Under the pieces are notes generated by a model. It did not search any database. It worked only from the letters and a program-made list of their open reading frames with translations, and was not told the origin of the DNA. The translations under genes and the position numbers were made by a program. Positions 9,377-18,453 of a stretch of DNA of 64,000 nucleotides are shown here, one piece after another (positions within the stretch are counted from its first letter, which is position 1; each line of letters starts with the position of its first letter). The stretch is from a bacterium (GTDB lineage: Bacteria; Patescibacteriota; Saccharimonadia; Saccharimonadales; Saccharimonadaceae): assembly GCA_021781475.1 (NCBI GenBank), contig JAJXWT010000001.1, positions 17,161 to 81,160 on the forward strand. The letters run 5' to 3'.

Positions 9377-9422
9377 AGGCAAAGGAAGCGGTTTTTTAAT
9401 TATCAAATTTAAGGAGGCACAC

Positions 9423-12302
9423 ATGAAATTTAAAGCAGGGACACGCCGTCGCGCGGTAGAATATGAAAAGGACTGGGTTTTAGCATGGAAGCAGAATAAA
9501 ACCTTTGAAAAATCAGTTGATCAGCGCCCCGACAACAATCACTATGTATTTTATGACGGGCCGCCCTTTATCACGGGTGTTCCGCACCACGGCACATTGT
9601 TAAGTAGTATCGTAAAGGACGCGGTGCCGCGTTACCAGACTATGAAAGGGAAGCGCGTGGAACGCGTGTGGGGCTGGGACTGCCATGGGCTGCCCGCCGA
9701 AGTTTTTACCGAAAAAAAGCTTGGTATTAAGGACCGCCGCGACATTGGCGCGAAAGTCAGCCTGGAAACCTACATCACGACCGCCCGCGAAAACATGGTG
9801 CAAACCAGCAGTTTGTGGAATGACACCATTGACCGCATTGGCCGTTGGGTCGATATGGAGCACGCCTACAAAACCATGGACAAAGATTACATGGAAAGTA
9901 TTTGGTGGGCATTTAAAACCCTATATGGCAAGGGAAAGATCTATGAAGGCGAGCGGGTACTGATGTATTGTACGCGTGACGCCACGCCGCTCAGCAAGGC
10001 CGAGGTGACGATGGACGCGGGGGCCTACCAAGATATCACTGACCCGAGCGTCTACGTCAAGTTCAACCTCGAAGATGGTCGTACGCTCTTGGCCTGGACA
10101 ACGACGCCATGGACGCTGCCCGCCAACACGGCGACGGCGGTGAATAAAGATTTTACCTATGTGGAAGTGAAAGTCGGCGAGGAGCAATTTATCATTGCAA
10201 AAGATTTACTCAGCAAAGTGCTACAAGATGAAAAGCACCAGCCACTTGAGCACACAATTGTGCAAGAACTGAAAGGTGAGGAGTTGGTTGGGCTACGATA
10301 CGAGCCATTGTTTGGTGTTAACCGTGGTAAAAATGCCCACAAAGTTTGGCATGCCGATTACGTGAGCGCCGAAGACGGCACGGGGATTGTGCACCTTGCG
10401 CCTGCCTATGGCGAAGAAGATTTTGTGTTGGCGCAGGAGAATACTATTCCGGTTGTTCATACCATTGACGCCAACGGAATGTTTACAGAAAGCCAGTGGA
10501 AGGGCGAGAATGTGTGGGATATTAACAAAACCATTGCAAAAGCGCTTTACGAGCAGGGCGTGGTATGGAAAATCGAGTACATTCGCCACAGCTACCCGCA
10601 TTGTCACCGCTGCGGTACGCGTTTGATGTACCGGGCGCACCCGAGTTGGTTTTTTGATGTCAAGGGGCAAAAGCAACTCATGCTCGAAAAGAACACCGAG
10701 CAAATGAATTGGTTCCCGCCGCACCTTAAGCATGGTCGCTGGGCCAATAATATTGAACAGGCGCCCGATTGGAACTTAAGCCGTGATCGTTTTTGGGCAA
10801 CCGCGATGCCGGTGTGGGAGGGCACGGACGCCGATGGGAAAAAGCACCAGATTGTCGTGGGTAGTTATGCCGAGCTAAAGAACTTAAGCGGCGTAGAGCT
10901 CGAGGATTACCACCGACCCTGGGTTGATGCAATTGAGTTCGACAAAGATGGAGTGCATTATACACGGATTGATAAGGTATTGGATGGCTGGTTCGAAAGT
11001 GGCAGTATGCCGTTTGCCCAGTTCCATTACCCATTTGAAAACAAAGAAAAGTTTGAGGCGAACTTTCCGGGCGATTTTGTTGCAGAATATATTGGCCAGG
11101 TGCGTGCTTGGTTTTACTACCTGCACGTGATAAGTGTGGGTCTGTTCGAACAGAGCCCATTTAGAAATGTGGTTACAACCGGGGTCCTTGCCGGTAATGA
11201 CGGCCGTAAAATGAGCAAAAGCTACGGTAACTACACCGACCCGAACGAGTTGATGGATAAGTATAGCGCCGACAGTTTGCGGTTTTTGCTTTTAAGCAGC
11301 CCGCTGCTAAGCGGTGAAGATTTTAGTTTGCAAGACAAGGACGTGAGCGACGTTGCACGCAAGCTGAGTATGGTGTGGAACATGTATGACTTTTTCACCA
11401 TGTACGCCGAAGTTGACGGTTGGGAGTATGACCCCGCGCAGCCACTGGCATTAAGCCCGGCCGATGTCGCGAACCCACTCGATAAATGGATTGTGTCGCG
11501 CTTGCACCAGCTTAATACGCAAATCACGCACTACATGGACGAATATAATATCCCCGATGCCATGAGCCCTATTTTGCCGTTTATCGAAGACGCGAGTAAC
11601 TGGTATGTGCGCCGCAGCCGCCGCCGCTTTTGGAAAAGCGAAGACGACACTGATAAAAATGATGCATATCGAACGCTTCACTATGTGCTCACAAAATTGG
11701 CGGTGCTGCTTGCGCCATTCACGCCATTTTTAGCCGAAGAGCTGTACCAAAAAATGGGTGGTGCAGGCGAGTCGGTGCACCTACTCGATTGGCCGACAGA
11801 TACCGTTGTCGACGAGCTGGTGATGGGCGAAATGGACACGGTGCGGGATTATGTGAATCAGGGCCTGAGCTTACGTGCCAAGTCCGGGCTAAAGGTGCGC
11901 CAGCCGCTCGCAAGTGTAACGGTGCCAAAGCTTGGCGCGACGTTTGAATGGGAGCCTATTTTGCTCGACGAGCTTAACGTTAAGGCGGTGCGGCTTGGTA
12001 GCGAAGTGGCAATTGATGAGACGCTAACTCCGGAGCTAAAACGCGAAGGCTTAATGCGCGAAGTAGTTCGGTTTGTACAGAACGCGCGCAAAGACGCGGG
12101 CCTGAATGTAGATGACCGGATTGTGCTGGCGCTCATGGTCAAAGAAGGCGATGCGCCAGAGCTCAAAAAGGCAATTGATGGGTTTAGCGATGTTATTAAA
12201 AATGAAGTCCTAGCGACGGCATTTGAAGATGTACAGGGCGGCTACGATACAACGGTCAAGGTAGATGGGTACGAGCTGCGAATTTGCCTGAAAAAGGCGT
12301 AA
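9423..12302 (+). CDS. ileS: Isoleucine--tRNA ligase, type 2 (IleRS2)
   Basis: FYDGPPF, HHGT (HIGH equivalent), WGWDCHGLP, LAWTTTPWTLP, WNLSRDRFW, KMSKS, type-2 C-terminus (REGLMREVVRFVQ); SD AAGGAGG. Confidence 0.96.
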   Translation: MKFKAGTRRRAVEYEKDWVLAWKQNKTFEKSVDQRPDNNHYVFYDGPPFITGVPHHGTLLSSIVKDAVPRYQTMKGKRVERVWGWDCHGLPAEVFTEKKLGIKDRRDIGAKVSLETYITTARENMVQTSSLWNDTIDRIGRWVDMEHAYKTMDKDYMESIWWAFKTLYGKGKIYEGERVLMYCTRDATPLSKAEVTMDAGAYQDITDPSVYVKFNLEDGRTLLAWTTTPWTLPANTATAVNKDFTYVEVKVGEEQFIIAKDLLSKVLQDEKHQPLEHTIVQELKGEELVGLRYEPLFGVNRGKNAHKVWHADYVSAEDGTGIVHLAPAYGEEDFVLAQENTIPVVHTIDANGMFTESQWKGENVWDINKTIAKALYEQGVVWKIEYIRHSYPHCHRCGTRLMYRAHPSWFFDVKGQKQLMLEKNTEQMNWFPPHLKHGRWANNIEQAPDWNLSRDRFWATAMPVWEGTDADGKKHQIVVGSYAELKNLSGVELEDYHRPWVDAIEFDKDGVHYTRIDKVLDGWFESGSMPFAQFHYPFENKEKFEANFPGDFVAEYIGQVRAWFYYLHVISVGLFEQSPFRNVVTTGVLAGNDGRKMSKSYGNYTDPNELMDKYSADSLRFLLLSSPLLSGEDFSLQDKDVSDVARKLSMVWNMYDFFTMYAEVDGWEYDPAQPLALSPADVANPLDKWIVSRLHQLNTQITHYMDEYNIPDAMSPILPFIEDASNWYVRRSRRRFWKSEDDTDKNDAYRTLHYVLTKLAVLLAPFTPFLAEELYQKMGGAGESVHLLDWPTDTVVDELVMGEMDTVRDYVNQGLSLRAKSGLKVRQPLASVTVPKLGATFEWEPILLDELNVKAVRLGSEVAIDETLTPELKREGLMREVVRFVQNARKDAGLNVDDRIVLALMVKEGDAPELKKAIDGFSDVIKNEVLATAFEDVQGGYDTTVKVDGYELRICLKKA

Positions 12303-12344
12303 AATTTCACAGCGCGAGCAGCGGCCCACGGGTACAATAGCGAC

Positions 12345-12635
12345 ATGAACATGATGATTGTCGATACGCGCGAGCCATATGAATATGAAAGAGGCCACGT
12401 TGAAGGCGCGATTAATGTTTCACCGGCGGAATTCTTGAGCGGTGCGCTGCCCGTAGCGTTTGAGGGCGTGCCAAAAGACACACCAATTATGATGTATTGC
12501 CAAACCGGGCACCGCGCGAACATGTGCAGTATGGTTTTGTATAAGTTTGGGTATGCTGATATTACGAATGGAACAAATGCAGCGCGCGTGCGGCAACTAC
12601 TGGGGTATCAAGACGTCGTGACGCCGGTTGTCTAG
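12345..12635 (+). CDS. Rhodanese-like domain protein
   Basis: IVDTREPYEYERGHVEGAIN, active-site loop YCQTGHRA. Confidence 0.9.
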   Translation: MNMMIVDTREPYEYERGHVEGAINVSPAEFLSGALPVAFEGVPKDTPIMMYCQTGHRANMCSMVLYKFGYADITNGTNAARVRQLLGYQDVVTPVV

Positions 12636-12699
12636 CTCGTTGCTATTGACTTTTTGACGCGTTTGTGCTTATATAGTAGCGTAAAGGATAAACACAAAC

Positions 12700-12933
12700 A
12701 TGTTAAAAATCCATAACCGTCCAAGCAATACATCGCTCCAGCAGCCAGCCCTTAGCGCAGCTCAAGATGAAGACGATGAGCTGATCCAATCAATTGATAG
12801 CGACCACAAGGGCGCCGATGACGTGTGGGAGCTGAAGAACGACCCAGACGTACAGGGGATTGACCGGTTTTGGAATGGTGTCAAACAAGACCTTGAAAAT
12901 GACCCAAACTGGTACGCGTTCAACGACGATTAG
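12700..12933 (+). CDS. Small acidic hypothetical protein
   Basis: 77 aa, D/E-rich, preceded by AAAGGA and its own promoter-like region; fills the gap between rhodanese and rplU. Confidence 0.6.
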   Translation: MLKIHNRPSNTSLQQPALSAAQDEDDELIQSIDSDHKGADDVWELKNDPDVQGIDRFWNGVKQDLENDPNWYAFNDD

Positions 12934-13013
12934 TCGGTCGGTGAACGCCCCTTGAAACATGCGCCGTTCTCTGTTACAATGTACAGCTGTTACTTAATGA
13001 AAAAAGGAATTAA

Positions 13014-13319
13014 ATGAAAGCAGTCGTGAAAATCGCGGGCAAACAGTATGTTGCAAGCGAAAAAGAGACCCTCACGGTGGACCTCCTCCCTGAAGGAACA
13101 AAAGAGCTCGAGCTCGACGCCCTCATGGTGATTGATGGTGACAAAACAACTGTTGGCACACCGTTAGTCAAAGGTGTAAAGGTTGTGGCAAAAGTGGTTG
13201 AAGGCCGCTCGCTTGGTGATAAAATCCGAGTGATTCGTTACAAAGCGAAAAAGCGCGTTCACACAGAAATTGGTCACCGCCAAAAATACACGAAACTTGA
13301 AGTCGTATCGATCAAGTAA
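13014..13319 (+). CDS. rplU: 50S ribosomal protein L21
   Basis: MKAVVKIAGKQY...GHRQKYT. Confidence 0.95.
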   Translation: MKAVVKIAGKQYVASEKETLTVDLLPEGTKELELDALMVIDGDKTTVGTPLVKGVKVVAKVVEGRSLGDKIRVIRYKAKKRVHTEIGHRQKYTKLEVVSIK

Positions 13320-13325
13320 TAAGAT

Positions 13326-13350
13326 TCCCGGCAACGCCGGGATTTTTATT
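13326..13350 (+). terminator. Intrinsic terminator after rplU
   Basis: TCCCGGC-AAC-GCCGGGA followed by TTTTTATT. Confidence 0.8.
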
Positions 13351-13430
13351 TGGCCTGCCGTTTGTGGTGCGGCCATGGTGTAATCATAAGCGTGTAGTGT
13401 ATAATAGGGGTATTAAGGTAGAGATAAACA

Positions 13431-14192
13431 GTGGCGACGATTATATCAGTAACAAATCAAAAGGGCGGAGTCGGTAAGACAACAAGTGCCATTAACGTGG
13501 CCTATTATTTGGCAAAGAGTGGCAAAAAAACCTTGCTACTTGACTTTGACCCCCAGGGCAATGCCACGAGCGGGCTTGGAATCGACAAGCAGAGCCTGAC
13601 TGGCACCATGAATGATGTCGTTCTGGAACAAAAGATGTTACATGAGGTTATTTTACAGACGGAATTTGAGAACCTGTACGTGGCGCCAAGTACCCCGGAG
13701 CTTGCCAACGGCGAGGTAAAGATAGCCGGGCTAGACCGTAAGTTCACCCGCCTGCGTAATGCCATACAAAATGGCCCAGTGTTCGATTACGTGATTATTG
13801 ATAGCCCGCCCAGCCTAAGCTTGCTGACGGTGAATGGCCTGGTGGCCGCACGCTACGTATTGCTGCCGGTACAGGCGGAGTTTTACGCGCTTGAGGGCTT
13901 AGGGCAGCTGCTCGAGACAATGAAGTTGATCCGTCAGGGGTTGAACCCAACCGTTGACCTTATAGGAGTGTTGCCAACCATGGTTGATAGCCGCACGTCG
14001 CTGAGCCAGCAGGTGCTTGCTGAAATTGCCAAGCATTTTCCTGCAAAAATATTTAAGGCGGCGATTCCACGGAACGTACGCCTAGCCGAGGCGCCAAGCC
14101 ACGGTGTACCAATTGGCGTGTATGATCGGTTTAGCAAGGGGGCGCGGGCCTATAAAGCCGTGACAAAAGAAATTATAGAAAGGGTGCAATAA
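13431..14192 (+). CDS. parA: Chromosome partitioning ATPase ParA/Soj
   Basis: NQKGGVGKTT, DFDPQGNA, IDSPPSL, IPRNVRLAEAPSHG. Confidence 0.96.
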   Translation: MATIISVTNQKGGVGKTTSAINVAYYLAKSGKKTLLLDFDPQGNATSGLGIDKQSLTGTMNDVVLEQKMLHEVILQTEFENLYVAPSTPELANGEVKIAGLDRKFTRLRNAIQNGPVFDYVIIDSPPSLSLLTVNGLVAARYVLLPVQAEFYALEGLGQLLETMKLIRQGLNPTVDLIGVLPTMVDSRTSLSQQVLAEIAKHFPAKIFKAAIPRNVRLAEAPSHGVPIGVYDRFSKGARAYKAVTKEIIERVQ

Positions 14193-14193
14193 T

Positions 14194-15078
14194 ATGGCGA
14201 TGAAAAAAGGGCTTGGCCGTTCTTTTGATTCTTTGATTCCAACTGATTTACTAGACGAATCATTTGACCCAACCGCTGATCAAGACGAAAAAGTGAGCGA
14301 CTTGCGCTCGATTAAGATCGACGAGATTAACCCCGACCCAGACCAGCCGCGCCGTCGTTTCGAAGAAGTCGCGCTTAATGAGCTCGCTAAATCGATACAA
14401 ATTCACGGGGTGTTACAGCCAATTGTCGTTACGCCCAAAGAAGGCGGCTACATGATTGTGGCGGGCGAGCGCCGCTGGCGTGCCGCAAAGATTGCTGGGC
14501 TCGACAAGGTACCGGCGTTGGTACGTACACTTAGTAATCAGCACCGGCTTGAACTGTCGTTGATCGAGAACTTGCAGCGCGCCGACTTAAACCCGCTTGA
14601 AACAGCCACCGCTTACCTAAAGCTGCGCGATCAGTTTAACCTGACACTTGAACAAGTGGGCGAGCGCGTGGGCGGGCGCTCAGTAAGTGGTATCAGCAAT
14701 ACCATGCGCCTCCTTAAGCTGCCGGATTCTGCCCGCCAAGCGATTGCCGACGGTAAGATATCGGAAGGCACGGCGCGACCGCTCATTGGCTTGGCGCCAG
14801 AGTTAGTTGACCAAGTTGTGCCACGCATTATTAAAGAGGGTTGGAGTTCGCGCATGGTAGAGCAATACCTGGTGAACCTTAAAAAGAATGATCAAGTAAA
14901 CGCTACCCATGTTGAAAAAATAGAAAACCGGGCGTACGAACAAGAGGTAAAACGCCTCAACAAGCGCTTCCGTACCAATATCAAGGTACAAACTTCGTCG
15001 AAAGGGAACGGCGTCATATCAATCAAGTTTCGGAGCGACGCTGAGTTCCGCCGGTTACTTGCCTTGCTCGAGCGCTAG
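14194..15078 (+). CDS. parB: Chromosome partitioning protein ParB/Spo0J
   Basis: GLGRSFDSLI, QPRRRF, IVAGERRWRAA, IENLQRADL. Confidence 0.96.
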   Translation: MAMKKGLGRSFDSLIPTDLLDESFDPTADQDEKVSDLRSIKIDEINPDPDQPRRRFEEVALNELAKSIQIHGVLQPIVVTPKEGGYMIVAGERRWRAAKIAGLDKVPALVRTLSNQHRLELSLIENLQRADLNPLETATAYLKLRDQFNLTLEQVGERVGGRSVSGISNTMRLLKLPDSARQAIADGKISEGTARPLIGLAPELVDQVVPRIIKEGWSSRMVEQYLVNLKKNDQVNATHVEKIENRAYEQEVKRLNKRFRTNIKVQTSSKGNGVISIKFRSDAEFRRLLALLER

Positions 15079-15153
15079 CCGCACTTGGGCACAGTAGTAA
15101 AAAGTAGCGCGGGCCAGCTGGGGCCTGCGTTGCGCTGGGGTGGGGTAAAAACT

Positions 15154-15765
15154 CTAGTTAAAAATCGTGAATGCGTTAAATGGATAAATACGGAGCTTGA
15201 CAGGGCCGACGATGTCATAAAGCGGAATAGTGCCGAGTCCATCGCGCGAGTCATATGAATTGCCACCGATACGGTTGTCGCCTGCGACAAAAACTGTATC
15301 TGGTGCGACGTTCATGTCTTCGTCGCCACTGGATGGCGACTGCGGACCAGTGCCGTTCTTTTGGAACTCTGTATCGTAGACGTGCCCGTTCGGGTACTTG
15401 CTGTTATATACGGTGACTACCCCGTCTTTGACGACCACGCGCTCACCAGGCAGGCCGATAACGCGCTTAACTAAATAGGCGTCTTGCATCCCCTGAACGA
15501 AGTGGGGGTTTTTAAACACTATAATCTGACCGCGTTGCGGCACGTACTGCTTGTTTTCGAGTTGTGCGATAGTAACAGGAATACGGTCAACAATTAGGCG
15601 ATCGCCGTCATGCAGGGTATTTTCCATGCTATACCCGGACACGTTAAAGCTGCGGAAAATAAATGTGTTGATAAGCGCGGTGCCAACAATGACCAAAGCA
15701 ACAAAAATTGCAAAATGAATAGCATCACGAACATGAGGGTGACGTTCTAAATAACTGACTTCCAT
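15154..15765 (-). CDS. lepB: Signal peptidase I
   Basis: N-terminal TM, SGYSMENTL (catalytic Ser), LVKRVIGLPGE (Lys), GDNR..SYDSR. Confidence 0.95.
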   Translation of the reverse strand: MEVSYLERHPHVRDAIHFAIFVALVIVGTALINTFIFRSFNVSGYSMENTLHDGDRLIVDRIPVTIAQLENKQYVPQRGQIIVFKNPHFVQGMQDAYLVKRVIGLPGERVVVKDGVVTVYNSKYPNGHVYDTEFQKNGTGPQSPSSGDEDMNVAPDTVFVAGDNRIGGNSYDSRDGLGTIPLYDIVGPVKLRIYPFNAFTIFN

Positions 15766-15864
15766 TACACTTACTATACACCACGCGGCTGTAAAAAAGC
15801 TAAAAAAGCATATGCAAAATCAGGTTGGAAAATCATCTGAAATCGTCTAGAATAGATAAAGTTT

Positions 15865-17631
15865 ATGGCAGAAAGACCAAAATTAGACGGCTTTTACCCA
15901 CGCCGCCCAAACACTCGTGGAGACGCGACAAATGGGGGGATAGGCTTTGATGGCATACGTAACGGGCGGCCGCGCATGTTTGCAGACGAAATGGTAAAAA
16001 AGCCAGCTGACGCTTATGCGGTGCCCACCAATATGACCCAAACGACGGCGCGTACTACAGCTGCCGCGGCACGGCCACAAGCTGGCTTAACGCGGCCCGA
16101 GCTTGAAGAATCGCTTCGCCAAATTGATGAAGAAGAACACCAGGAGATACCGCGTAAATTACGGCGACATAAGAACAAAAAGAACAAACGGCCAAAGCCG
16201 CTTTATAAAAAGATTATAGGCTGGGTGATGGTTTTGTTGGTGGTGATTGGGCTTGGCGCCGCTGGCTTTCTTGCCTATAAGGCCCTTTCGGTAGGCGGGG
16301 AAATATTTAATGGTAACGTGCTGGGGCTGATAGAACAAAAGCCATTGAAGCAAGATGCGAATGGGCGCACGAATATTTTGGTCCTTGGAACGTCTCAGGA
16401 TGACCCCGGTCACCAGGGTGCAAACTTGACCGATACTATTTTAGTGCTAAGCATTGATCAGCACGCTAAAAATGCCTATATGTTTAGCGTGCCGCGTGAC
16501 CTGCGCGTGGAGTATGGCATGCCGTGTGTGTCGGGCAGCTGGGGCAAGGTGAACGTCTATTATAGCTGTGTTTCGAACGGTACCACTAAGCAGTCAGAGC
16601 AGCAACGCCTGACCGCTACGCGGGCCTTCATTGGGAAAATCGTCGGGCTTGATATTCAGTACGCAGTAAACGTTGACTATACCGTTGTCCGCGACGTGGT
16701 TGGCGCGCTGGGTACGATTACCGTGAATATTAAGGGGAGCGGCGGTGCACCGGGTGTAATGGACAGCAACTTTGACTGGAAATGTAAAGCCGGTAATCCG
16801 TATGCCAGCCTTGCAACTATGAAAAAGAATTGCCCACCGAATGGCCACTTTATCGATTACCCGAACGGTCCTGCGACGCTTGATGCTGAGCATGCCCTTT
16901 ATTTGGCACAGGCGCGGGGTGACTCTATTCCAACTTATGGCTTGGGGCGCTCAAACTTTGACCGCGAGCTGAACCAGCAAAAAATTATTAAAGCAATTAA
17001 GGAAAAGGCGACTAGCACAGGTACGCTGACCAACCCCGTGACTGTAACAAAACTGCTGGACGCGATGGGGAACAACCTGCGCACGAATTTTGATACCAGT
17101 GAGGTTGGAACGCTCGTATCACTGGTGAAAGAGATTCCGAACAGCGCCGTGCAAAGCATTAGCCTGATTGATGCCGTGCCTGCTCTCTTTGGTGATGATG
17201 GACAGGGCAATGTGATTCCGCTTGCCGGCATGTATGACTATTCTGCCATGCAGGCCTATATCCAAAAACGTATTAACGCGACGCCTGTTTCGAAAGAAGA
17301 CGCCCACGTGATTGTGCTAAACGCGTCAGGCGTTGCCGGGGCGGCGAAAACCGAAGGTGACAAGCTGACTGCGCTTGGGATGAATGTGGACGCTATCGAC
17401 AACGCACCGCAAGGCAACTACCCCTCAAACGTGATATATCAGCTAAAGCCGGGTGATAGCACGAGCGAACCGAATACAATCAAGAAACTTCAAGAACTCT
17501 ATGGTGTGGCGCCAACAACAGCCCCGCTACCTGCGGGTATTACCCCGGGGCCAGATACCGATTTTGTGATTATTATGCTTACGCCCTCGCAAAATGCGAC
17601 AACAGCCGCGACAACTACCACTGGCCCATAA
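15865..17631 (+). CDS. LCP (LytR-CpsA-Psr) family glycopolymer transferase with C-terminal LytR_C-like domain
   Basis: TM at about aa 118-138, TNILVLG, LTDTILV, SVPRDL, AQARG...SNFDRELNQQ, then VIVLNASGVAGAA. Confidence 0.9.
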   Translation: MAERPKLDGFYPRRPNTRGDATNGGIGFDGIRNGRPRMFADEMVKKPADAYAVPTNMTQTTARTTAAAARPQAGLTRPELEESLRQIDEEEHQEIPRKLRRHKNKKNKRPKPLYKKIIGWVMVLLVVIGLGAAGFLAYKALSVGGEIFNGNVLGLIEQKPLKQDANGRTNILVLGTSQDDPGHQGANLTDTILVLSIDQHAKNAYMFSVPRDLRVEYGMPCVSGSWGKVNVYYSCVSNGTTKQSEQQRLTATRAFIGKIVGLDIQYAVNVDYTVVRDVVGALGTITVNIKGSGGAPGVMDSNFDWKCKAGNPYASLATMKKNCPPNGHFIDYPNGPATLDAEHALYLAQARGDSIPTYGLGRSNFDRELNQQKIIKAIKEKATSTGTLTNPVTVTKLLDAMGNNLRTNFDTSEVGTLVSLVKEIPNSAVQSISLIDAVPALFGDDGQGNVIPLAGMYDYSAMQAYIQKRINATPVSKEDAHVIVLNASGVAGAAKTEGDKLTALGMNVDAIDNAPQGNYPSNVIYQLKPGDSTSEPNTIKKLQELYGVAPTTAPLPAGITPGPDTDFVIIMLTPSQNATTAATTTTGP

Positions 17632-17654
17632 ATAGGTGGTAAAATAGGTTAGGC

Positions 17655-18437
17655 ATGGATTTACTAAAATCACACCGACGCCGCTCGCGCCTGAGTGACG
17701 TCATATACATTATTTTGAATATTGCCCTTGCGGTGTCGTTAATGGTCATTATTCGTTATGGCCAATCACCGTGGCTTGCGATCGCAATTGTGTTACTAAG
17801 CAAATGGCGCACGCTGGCGGTTAAGCCGCGGTTTTGGTTCGCGAATATTATTGCGAATATGGTTGACGTCATTGTTGGCATTAGCTATGTCGTGCTATTA
17901 AGCGCCACGGGTAACTCGCTGGCTCCACAGGCCGCACTTGCGGGGCTGTATATTATTTGGCTGCTATTCATAAAGCCACGGTCAAAAAAGCAATTTGTTG
18001 CCTTGCAAGCGGGAATTGCGATATTTGTTGGGGTGACATCGCTTTCGATTGTGTCATATTCATGGGATTCCTTTATGTTTGTCGCGATTTTGTGGGTCAT
18101 TGGCTATGCCGCAGCCCGGCATGTTTTGGGCGGTTACGACGAACCGATGACGACAATCTACAGCCTGATTACGGGGCTTGTGTTCGCCGAAGTTGGCTGG
18201 GCATCGTACCACTGGCTGTTTGCCTATAGTATCGCAGGTATTGGGAGCATTAAGGTGCCGCAGATTGCAATCTTGTTAACCCTTTTGGGGTTTGTCGCCG
18301 AGCGTTCCTACGTGAGCTATCATAAACACGGGGTAATTAAACGATATGATATTATATTACCAGTACTGCTTACGGTTTCTGTAATTTTAGTTTTGTTTAT
18401 TTTTTACGACCGTATAGCACTCAACACAACCCTTTAA
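17655..18437 (+). CDS. Polytopic membrane protein, unknown function
   Basis: About 8 hydrophobic segments; tightly packed between LCP and HtrA. Confidence 0.7.
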   Translation: MDLLKSHRRRSRLSDVIYIILNIALAVSLMVIIRYGQSPWLAIAIVLLSKWRTLAVKPRFWFANIIANMVDVIVGISYVVLLSATGNSLAPQAALAGLYIIWLLFIKPRSKKQFVALQAGIAIFVGVTSLSIVSYSWDSFMFVAILWVIGYAAARHVLGGYDEPMTTIYSLITGLVFAEVGWASYHWLFAYSIAGIGSIKVPQIAILLTLLGFVAERSYVSYHKHGVIKRYDIILPVLLTVSVILVLFIFYDRIALNTTL

Positions 18438-18453
18438 ATTATGGAGGTATAGT

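Noticed and set aside
9377-9396. Canonical intrinsic terminator as the T-box expression platform
   Set aside because: Only a weak 4-5 bp stem precedes the U6 tract, so I did not call it a terminator; the mechanism is left open.
13320-15150. parS site near parAB
   Set aside because: No match to TGTTTCACGTGAAACA-like sequence was found by eye around parAB.
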